From Dimorphilus gyrociliatus (lineage: Eukaryota; Animalia; Annelida), in NCBI GenBank assembly GCA_904063045.1, contig CAJFCJ010000007.1, forward strand, positions 3,975,404 through 4,039,403: a DNA stretch of 64,000 nt, given 5' to 3'. This document shows positions 45,142 through 55,487 of the stretch, piece by piece (position 1 is the stretch's first letter; every line of letters starts with the position of its first letter). The notes below the pieces were generated by a model. That model had not been told where the DNA came from and did not search any database. It saw only the letters and a list, made by a program, of their open reading frames with translations. The translations under genes and the position numbers were made by a program.

Positions 45142-45901
45142 TCAAGACTAAATTAAAGCTGGGTAAAATAAAAGTTCTTAAAAGTTCTTTAATTTTTAAA
45201 GATAAGATTTTAAATTTCATTTTCAACAGACCGTTCAGGAAATTTACTATAAAGATCTCATTCAATTTGTCTTAGTCCATAATTAACGTAATTAGTATTA
45301 TATAACATTCACTTCACTAAAATGCAACAATAATAAGAGAAGAGCGTGATTTTACCATGTTGTTATTCATTCTATTGCATTCATAATATTTAGCAATTTA
45401 TCTAATTGTAAGTTTGTTTAAACGCAAGAATTTTATATAATTCAAAGAAGGATTATACTAATATTTTATGAAACTGAATATATGGGGAAAATGATTTACA
45501 CACCTAAAGGAGACAAAAAAATCCTTAAGAAAGCCGTATTTTTCTCTCTTTCAAAACAGTACAATACTAATGTTGATTGCAAGTTGTCATTGTTTCAATA
45601 CATTGTGAAAAAGGAAAAATATATCCTACTTGAAAGGAATTATTATACTAAAATAATAAAAAAAAAAACTTGCACAATATAAACCTTATAAGTAGAGATA
45701 TTTGTATAACTTTTACAAACAAAGGCAAACACTGTACATTAGCTGGAAATGAGTTCATTATGTGTAAGTAATAGTAAAATTTGTTTAATACACTTACACG
45801 CTTGAAAAATAGCTTGAATAATAATATTTTTTGTATTAAATTTCAATGTTTTTTTTTTTAATATTATAAGAAAAAATAATAAGAATTCAACAAATTTGAA
45901 A

Positions 45902-48396
45902 CTAAGTTACAATTTTACAAGTGAAAGAACTAACGATTAGTCTGTTATTTTATTCATTTGGACCTCTGTCTTTTGAATTTGACTATTATAATTAGCGAAG
46001 AACACCTTTCCATATTCGTATGACGATATCATAATGGCACAAGCGGGAGCGATTTTCACCACTCTTGGTACTAGGCCTGTAAATAAAGCTCTAATTCCCT
46101 GTTGCATATATAATTTTCTAATTTGCGATAATGTCGATGATGAGGTTGCTGATTTACCTTTAAGAAGAGATAGGTAGTAAGGAGGTTTGTTTATAAAGTA
46201 TTAAATGAGCTTAATAAATTACTCACTGGTAAACTTCGATAGCTCTTCTCCTACTGCAATTTGTTGATGAGTTTTTATTACATCAAAAGGAAGAGTGACT
46301 ATGGCCGCAAACTGTTTTTTTTTTGGAATTTGCTAATAAAAAAAGTAAAAGTCTAAATAAGAAAATTTACCGTTCCCGATATTGCACCGGCGTAAAAGGA
46401 TTGTAAGAAGGTTGGTTGAGTGCATCCAGCAAGGTTCATTTGTTTTGATTTCAATAACTCATAACCGTACCAGTAAAGAGCTAGGTAATAATAGAAGATT
46501 ATTTTAAATTACATTAAATAGAGGACTAATTTAATTTAATCATAATAATTTACCAGAGAAAGGAACATCTCTTAATAAAGTTGATCCTAAACCTCTCATG
46601 ACTGTTGATATTCCTTCACTTTTTATAGATAATCTAATTGCTTTAGATAATTCTCTATAAGAAAGTCGTTCTGATTGCATTTTCGTTCTTATTAATTCAA
46701 GTGGACTTATTAATGTAACTGCACCGACTAGTTGATAAAAATAGAATACATTAATAATTATCTATAAAAAATTTGTATAAAATAGAAAACAAACCTCTTG
46801 CGACTGACCCAGCAACTATTGCAATATGTGCACGACTGGCATCACCATCTTTGTAACCCATATAATACTTTAAATGATCATAACATGTGAAATAAACAAC
46901 TGTTGCTGGTACAGCCATAGCTCTAGTAAAAGAAACAGTTGATTGTAGTTAAGAAAACTATTCTATATAAATACAATACATACAATGTTGGAGGTAGACC
47001 ACTCCATAACCTTGTAATTCCTTCGTATCTGGCTATCTTTACGAAAGCATCCTAGAAATAACAAAAATACTATTATAAGATTTCTTATGTAAAAACATTG
47101 CAAATAGAAATATACGGTATTTAAATTATGCTCCTATGCTAATAATTCCCTTTCATGTAATCATACCAAAGTCCTATAAAGCATATATATAGTATATAAG
47201 CATACAGGAAAGATACACCACCTCCCCTGAATGCCTTTTGGAGAATAGTTGTATTTCATCATTTAAGTTATACCAATGGTAGGTTCAGTTATCAAGACCA
47301 TAAAAGTTAAACTTTATTTCATTTGTGAAAACTTCTTGATCAGAAAGATAAAAGTTATATATATTAATAATATACACAGTATATAACTTGTCTCAGACTT
47401 CGTTAATAATAAAAGAACAACTTAACACTGTAAAATTAAGATTCTAGCATGTATCAAGATCATAGACGTGATAATAATTCTACAATAACAGCTTTTAAAC
47501 AAGATTATATCTTTATTTATATTATCTACCTATCGTACAAATCAATATAGTTGTTTATTAGTTATTTAATATTTTCCTAATTAATAGGCTGCTCTCGGTG
47601 GATAGCGAAAATTCAATAGTTAAAGACTTTTACTATTATTTCTGTTTTTTTTCTATAAATCATTTTTTTAAATTTAATGATAAAGAATTAATTATTTTCT
47701 AAAGACAATATTTAGAATAAAAATTCGCTACCCACCAAAGTTCCGTGAAATTTTCTAATTCTTTTCGAATTAAAGGATTCTTTTAAAATTGCAGGATCTA
47801 TTACATAGCACCATCCGCATTGCCTCATTCTCCAATTAGCACACCTACAACTCTTACTCTAAAAAATGTTCTAAATAATTTTGCTCTTTTTCTAAGTTAA
47901 CTTGAAAACTTACGAAGGTCCCAGTAAACTTTCCCGGTGTTTGATACCAAGGTCTTGGCCTCGTTGAATTTAGGCAAGTACATAGATGATCCATTAACCC
48001 ATTGCAGTATAGAAAGCATTGTCCTGTTTTAAATGGCTTTGCTTGTGATTGAAGGCGAATTTTTATGACATCCAAAGGGGTAACTGGAATTTTTGAACCA
48101 TACTATTATCAAGCAGTCTGATAAAACACTTTATATTCGATATTACTATGAGAGTAAGTTACTTTCAAAGATAAACTCTGAATTAATTTTGCAATTATAA
48201 GTTTTATTTTTTATGAAATATACTTTCATTGATAATTTAGATATAAACATGAGAGAACGAAAATGGGTTTCGGCGAAATTGCGTCATGAAGAACAATCTT
48301 ACCGAATAACGAAGTTAGAATTGCGCCAGAACAGCTAGCAACCATTTGCTGCCCAGTAGTTATTTTTATAGGTCTGTCATTTCTTTCTTGTTGCAT
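45902..48396 (-). CDS. SLC25A39: Mitochondrial glutathione carrier SLC25A39/40
   Basis: QQMVASCSGAILTSLF|VTPLDVIKIRLQSQ, Cys-rich loop CFLYCNGLMDHLCTC, LWSGLPPT, SPLELIRTKMQS and APACAIMISSYEYGK. The 3' end is approximate. Confidence 0.93.
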
Positions 48397-48464
48397 TTTT
48401 AAAGGTAAGAATTAATAGTAATCGACATATACATCAATAAAGATAGCTCATGTGGTCAACGTCC

Positions 48465-48476
48465 TGACCTTGACCT
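48465..48476. promoter_or_regulatory. Nuclear-receptor DR0 / ERR response element upstream of SLC25A39/40
   Basis: TGACCTTGACCT is AGGTCA x2 and contains the ERRE TCAAGGTCA, 70 bp upstream of the ATG. Confidence 0.5.
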
Positions 48477-48777
48477 CGACTGTTTTTTCTTTTTAGACTG
48501 GTACAAGTATCTACAGAAAAGTTGTCCTTACTTTTGAAAAAGCAAGAGAATTAGTAAATAAAATATATTAAGGCTGTTAAAATAAACTACTTTGTTAGAA
48601 CTTTATAAAAAAGTAGAGATATTGCAATTTTTTCTTAAAAAAAGAAAACAATTGTAATATATTACATTATATAATTTATTTAAAAAAGTACAAGAAAAAA
48701 CAATTCAAAAAACAAAAAAAAAGGATGTATTTGACTATTTATCGAATGTAAGAGAAACAAAAAAACATTTCTAATAA

Positions 48778-50091
48778 ATGGCAACGGAAACATTAACGAA
48801 AGATGAAAATGGGGAAATTTACCCACTGCCAGAATATAAATTATATAATGAAACACTTAAAAAGGAAGGTCTTCGTATGCCAAATCCAGCGTACAGCGTA
48901 TTTAAGGAAGAAGAAGATATTAACGCTTTACAAAAATTAGGGCGATTTATAAGCCGCGATAAACGTAGGTACTTAATAAATATGCATTTAATTATGAATA
49001 TGTACCAGTTAATTATATTAATATTGCTGTATATAATAAATATTTGTAAAGCAATTCCTGCTGATTTCTATGAAAAGGGTTGGCGTGAATATTACTCAAT
49101 TAGCATGGATAAAGTAAATCCTCATTGGATATTTAAAGGATATATTAAAGTATTTAAGGATAACTGTAGCATTCCTCAAAATTTAATAAAAAAACCTAAC
49201 ATTTCAACTAATTTATCAAATGATTTAAATATTTATCATAACACTGAAAACCCATTCTATCATCCGGAGTATGCTGAATATCATAGGGTCTTACAAAGAG
49301 ATAATTTACGTATGCCAAGTCCAGGATATAGTTTAGCGAATGAATTAGCCGATTTATTGAAATTAAAGAAAGCAGAACGATACTTAGGACCAGATGAAGA
49401 ATGTCCTAAGGAAAAGGGTTGGGTTACCTATTATACTTTAAAGAACAATGAAGAGAGGAACGAAAAAGAATGGATATTTCACGGTAAATCTATATAAGGC
49501 ATTGATTTGTAAAAATGTTTTCTTTTTGAAATAGGGTATATTCACGTTTATAAAGACCACAATCATCAATATCAACCGTTGGGCAATAATAGCATTGAAG
49601 AGCCCTACATATTTCCGAAATATGAGGAATACGATACAATTTTACGTAAAGATGGATTTCGCATGCCTAATCCTGGCTATAGTTTAATTGCTGAAATGGG
49701 AGACATACTTAAACTTCAATTAGCTAAAAGATATCGTGGATTGCGAGAAGGAGCTCCAGAAGAAGATGGATGGGTTGAGTACTATTCGATAAAAGAGAAT
49801 AAAAAGACCAAAGAGAAAAATGCAGTTTTACAAGGTTTTGTCAAAGTTTATACGTCAGAAAATACCGAATCAAATTTATCTGGTCCAACGTCAAATATAA
49901 GAACAAGAACTTCTAATACAACTAGTCAGAGCGCTAAAAGAATTCGATTTTCAGAAATGCCTCAGATAAAAGACAATTTCGAACAAGGGCGATCACCGAT
50001 AATTCCCAGGTCAAATAGACCTATTTACGAGAATGAATGTTGTATCTGTTACTTATTTAATTGGTGTAAAAATTATATTCGATCAAAATAA
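48778..50091 (+). CDS. Uncharacterised protein with three tandem ~85-aa repeats and a C-terminal Cys cluster
   Basis: Introns 48965-49051 and 49484-49534 join the two ORFs into one frame containing three copies of PxYxxY..L..(D/E)xxRMP(N/S)P(G/A)YS...GWxxYY...GY/FxxV. Confidence 0.8.
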
Positions 50092-50249
50092 TTATTTTAG
50101 AGTTGTTAAATAGAAGAGAAAGAGAAAAAAATCATAATGATCAATCATTAATCTGTCAAATAATTTTTTTTAAGTATTATTTTCAATATTATTCACTCTC
50201 TAAGTTGAACGTCACTTTTTAAGCTTATAAGTATCTTCTTCTTGCAGAG

Positions 50250-53200
50250 TCAAGATCCACCTCTTTTGTCGGACTTATTCCTTTTCCGAGGGTTGGGTAT
50301 TTGCAAAGGAGGAGGCATTAGATTACTTTCGCTAGCCGACTGTTTTCAAACAACTAAATTTGAAAGGAATTAGTTAAGTATTTAAACACGAACTGTTGCC
50401 TTTCTTGAAAGTGTTGGTGATGGTGATGGACTTGCTCTTCTAAAGAGATTCTCTATTCCAGCTGTTATTGAACTTTTTCTAGGTGTAGCTGACATAAATA
50501 GACTGATTAAATATACTATAAAGAAAAGAGAAGTAATAATTTGATATCATACAGTCCATTCCTTCAGCCCATGATCGCCTGAAGCCTAAAGCCGAAGCAA
50601 TACCAAGAGTTTTTTCACTGTATGAGCCTTTTCTCTTAAATGCTGTTGTACCTGAATAAAATTGATCAAATTTAGCCTTAAAACCTAATTCCACTATTAA
50701 AAAAACATACTTGGAACTTTTAATTGTCTTCCACCACCAATAAGCAATCCTGTATAGATATTAAATAACAAACAAATTATAAGAGTATTTAAGATTTATC
50801 AAGTAATAGTGCCACATGAATACATAAAACTCTCTGCAACTCGGTGTTTCTATTACAGGTTCAAAATTATATAAATAAATAATCATATTTTTGTTATTAT
50901 TTACGAATAGTTTCTTTTATCTTTAATGGTAAATATACATGCATCAACATCATTTTGATGAAGATAAACATTTTAAACACCAAAACAAAGTCTGTGCACA
51001 TAATACAAAATCTTTACCATGCAATTTTGTTTCTCTTTGCTTAAAATTATGCTCAATAACACCAGAAACCAATAACAACAATTATTTGTGTTTGGTATCT
51101 ATACAATATATCATCAATCTATGAAAGTACCTAAAGGAGAGAATTTGAAATCATGCGAAAAGAGAAAAACCGTTCAGCAGTTACAACGGCAAATTGTGCA
51201 ACAAGTATAGATTATACCTTTTAATAAGAAAGAAAATGTTTAGTATACAAACGACACGGAGTAAATTTTCTATCAAACGATGTAACAAATGATAAAAAAG
51301 GTGAATCAATGATTAATAGTAAATTATAAGATAAAATCTAAATACTGTCAATTTATTAATGAATTCATTAAAGGATAAATCATTATTGGCTGAATATTTA
51401 AAATAATAAGGTAAGGAATGTTATTTATCAAAAAAAAAAGGAAAATCTTCATAAAATTTGTAGTGGATTGACAATTTTAAACTAATTAAGTGAAGTATAG
51501 ATATGATCTAATCTACTCGCATAATAAAAAATATAAGTACTGCAAAATGTAACTTATCATATTAGAAATAAGAGATTGTAACACAATGTGACGTAATATC
51601 TTAACCGTTTAACGTTTAGTTTATAAAGGTGGACATTATTCTTTTGACTACCTCACTTTGTGTTACAACATATTTTGCTGAGTCTTTTTCTTTTAGAAAA
51701 AGGATTAAAAAAACTTAATAGCATCATTAAAACAATTTTGATAAAATAAAGAAAAACATGCGAAGGAAAGTGTGTAAATTATTATCATTAATTTTTGTGA
51801 ATCGCAATGACCTTTGTTGATTTGCCACTATTGTTGTTTAGAGCTGCAGAAAGAAAATGCTTCTTAAAGATAAATTTGATAAATAAATAGAAGTAAAAAG
51901 ATATTGACTATTCAAGAAAAATAAATATAAAAAATAGAAATGTTTCATATGTTTTATATAGAAAGAAAAAAAATTTTAATATTCCTACGTTTTTGTGATT
52001 GGTGAATCTTTTCTTAAAGTTACAACTTCGTATTGTTGTACCCTACGACTCCTTTTTCTCTTTAGAACATCTAAACATCCTGTTTATAGTGATCAATAAA
52101 TTAATCAGCTTCACCTTACGTTTTAAATTGTTGTTGTTATTCTGATATTGTTATATCCCTTCATTTTAATACAAATGACGCCTTGTTTATACAAAAAACA
52201 TAATTGACATAATAAACTCTGAAAGGTATGTGTCATGTATATATTTAAAAAAAGTGTATACGTATGTAATTAATGATAAATAAAAAAAAAACCAATGAAT
52301 CTACTTAAATAAGTATAAAATCTTACTTTGACAATTTGCAGATGCTTTGCGCGGAAGGTATTCGTTTGGTATTTTACCACTGTAGTCTCTAATACTTATG
52401 TCAGCACCTATTTCAAGTATTATTTTTAATGAAAGAATATAAAAACAAGTGAAAAGAATTCTTTGAACTATGTACCGTATCCACCAGTTAATAATTCTAT
52501 AACACCTTCTCGATTTTGCATGGCAGCTAGATGAAGAGGTGTATATCCCTATAAAAGATACATTATAGTAAAAATGAAATCGTAATACCAATGATAAAAT
52601 ACTTACACCCTAAAAGAAAGTGAATCGCCGTACAGGCATAGTTGATTAAAATGTTCAAAGATTTATTGTTTTTGTTAAAATACTTACATGCTGAATAAAT
52701 AAAGGACAAACTTATTAAATTATACTTTTATGAAATAAATATACACACTGTTCTTGCATTAATATTAATATCTAAGTTATGCTTCCTTCCAGTTGACATT
52801 ATGGCTTTAATTACATCCTTCTGACCTTTCTTACTTGCCCAGTGAATTGCGGTCTAACATAAGAATTAATCAACGATTTATTAAGAATATAAAAGATAAG
52901 TTTGACTAATCATTCGATACTCACATACTAGAGGTTTAACATTGTTTTTCACGGTTATTAATGTTGATTAATTTTGAAGAAATTATTTTACAGTTTAGTA
53001 AATAAGGTATTATGTGTATAAAAAATCTTACCCCATTAGTTACATCTGCAAATGTAGCTAATTCAGGTCGATCTCTTAAAAGTTGTGTCATTTTCTGTAT
53101 ATTACATTTGCACGAAGCTAACATCCATAATCTTTGATTTGGTGTTAAATCCTATATAACGCAAAGTGTGTTTCAAATGATATTACTAAATAAACGTTAA

Positions 53201-54352
53201 TCTTTACCTCATCGCATTTATTTTCGTTCTTTGGTGGATATTTGAAAAATTAACAAGTATTAATATATAATAGAATTAATGCTAATAAAGAATCGTACTT
53301 CATCATTTTTATCCCTAACTTTAGCAGGCATTTGTTTCTTTTGCTCAGCTTTAAGATCTATCTGTAACTGATCTATCTGATTAGCTCTATCCTTGACGCT
53401 GAATGTATCGTTCAACTGTACAGAGATTCGAAGGAAAATGAAAATGTTAAAAGCTCTGATTAATTGTCAAATAAAGTAAGTTATATACCTGTTCTTTAAG
53501 AACATCAGCTCCCATGAGCTTAATATTCAGCTTTGGAATATCTTCGGACTCTTGTTGTACAGCTACTGGTGTTGGAGCTGGTGTAGTTTCTACACTCGTG
53601 TCAACTGTTGAACTTTCAGCACTTTCAGTTAGTTTTTCTTCTGATTGAGCGTCATCAATAACAACAGAAGGAATATTCAATGGGTTATTTTCGGTAGTCT
53701 CAGAGGTATTCGAATTTTTACTAGGCTCCTCAAAAACATTATTATTTAGTGGCTCTTCAGGTAAGTTCTCCCCAGCGGGTTCTTCCGCCTCAGCAATAAC
53801 AGCAGCTGAAGCATTTTTTATTGATTGCTCCACAGAAGCCATTACACTTGAGAGTAAATCCGATTCTTCTTCCCCTTCTTGAGGTAGTTTTTCATCCAAT
53901 TCACTAACACGGCTTGCATCATTCTTGAATGGATTTTTTTCGGGACGACGTTTTGGCTTATAGAATTTTCTACTCTCTTCATGAACAGGCGTTTCAGGAG
54001 TGTCATCACGAAATTGTTTTCGAAGAACGAGAATTTTGTCCCGTGACTTTTAAAGGCAAACAATGTTTTTAAATTAAGTTAAAAGAGCTTCTAGAAATTC
54101 TTACCGATAGATCTTGTTTTGTAACACATATCTTATTGATTATATCTTTGAAATTTTTACGATTTTGGTCTATTTGAAAGTTTTAAATCTTGTATTATCG
54201 CTCATTGAGATAAATTATTTGATTATTACCATACCTTTAAAACGAGGATCTTTCAGATAATTACGAAAATGAACAACCAACTCTGCGTTACTTATTTTTC
54301 CGCCTTGATTAGCTATAAAACTTCGAATTAACTCCTCGTCAACTTCCGCCAT
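50250..54352 (-). CDS. SOWAH: Ankyrin repeat domain-containing protein SOWAH (sosondowah)
   Basis: N-terminal MAEVDEELIRSFIANQGGKISNAELVVHFRNYL, acidic linker, SVKDRA motif, ankyrin repeats (RLWMLAS..NGYTAIHWASK..NARTHGGYTPLHLAAM..IRDYSGK) and a basic C-terminus. Confidence 0.88.
52607..52609 (-). other. 3-nt microexon GGT (Gly) of SOWAH
   Basis: ctttcttttAG|GGT|GTAAGT; flanking introns are 78 and 58 nt; with the CAT exon it restores ART-H-G-GYTPLH. Confidence 0.82.
52688..52690 (-). other. 3-nt microexon CAT (His) of SOWAH
   Basis: ctttatttattcAG|CAT|GTAAGT; flanking introns are 58 and 78 nt. Confidence 0.82.
52925..52927 (-). other. 3-nt microexon TAT (Tyr) of SOWAH
   Basis: aaacctctAG|TAT|GTGAGT; flanking introns are 104 and 71 nt; restores NG-Y-TAIHW. 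Confidence 0.8.
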
Positions 54353-55207
54353 TGTAATGTAAATAAACAGTTGATGGAATACGAAGATTTAAAGGTTCAA
54401 TGAACTAGAATTAATATAAAAAGATAAAAACGAAAGAAAAAATAGATTTATAAAAAACAATTTTTTATAAAGATTCTTTTTACAACTTTAGACAGTAAAA
54501 TTGTTTTTTTTTTCTTTAACTGAAGGTATTCAATATGGCGCCAGTTTTAAATATCTATTTTTTTAAAAAGTAAATAAAGTGCATATTAATAATGTTCTAC
54601 TCTCTTTTTATAAGATATTGTACAGAGGATAATTATTTTTAAATTGTAATGAACGAGTGGTTCGTGTATTTTAGAATTTGGAAAATAACATAATAATGTG
54701 AAATATATGCTAGAATAGTAGTACTCTATTAGGCCAGAATATAGTATTCAAGAGAACATTATAGTGTCGATTCAAAGAAAGGAATTACCTAAAAAATGAT
54801 CTTATTACAGTTTTCACTAAAAAATAACTAAAAAATAGAAGATGAAACAGCACTTTAACAACGGATTATCTGGTAGTTTAAGGAAATCAGACAATAATAA
54901 GCAGTAAACAGAAGATAAAAAATGTATACATAAATGGACAAGAATATGTATATATCATAATAAACATTGTAATATGAATCTGGCTTTCAACTTAAAAAAA
55001 CGATGCCTCGACCTAATTAAGCATACTAAAGTGTAAGTGAATATCATTTACCTATACAACGCGTTTTATATCTTTATATTTTATGCTGTTAATAAAGTAG
55101 AAAAAAAATCTATCGTGCCTCGTTTTATTCTCTTTTATTCGTCTCTTTCCAATTAAAAAAGTAACAACGTATACAAAACAAATAATTAATAAAATTCTAA
55201 TAACATG

Positions 55208-55208
55208 A

Positions 55209-55243
<35 letters not shown>

Positions 55244-55245
55244 AT
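55208..55245. repeat. (TAAA)n microsatellite
   Basis: About nine perfect units are visible directly. Confidence 0.9.
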
Positions 55246-55487
55246 GTTTTCATTTTTGTGATAATACAATATATTATTGAGTTGTTTTACATGACTAGAC
55301 GACGTTGATCTGAGGCGTGCATAAAAATTTGTTTGTCAGCTGAAAAGAATATTTTTTTATGACTCCTATACATACCAAAAACAATTAAATTTTATAAATA
55401 TTAAATAAGCTTCTTGTAAAACGACAAATGAAAGAGACCAAGGTGTCAATCAAATATTGAACGCTCAAAAAGCTCTTCTTTCTTTTA

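Noticed and set aside
50757-52327. Possible nested gene or extra exons in the 1.5-kb SOWAH intron (including ORF 50939-51124)
   Set aside because: Candidate exons have incompatible phases or stops, and the ORF has AT-rich non-coding composition.
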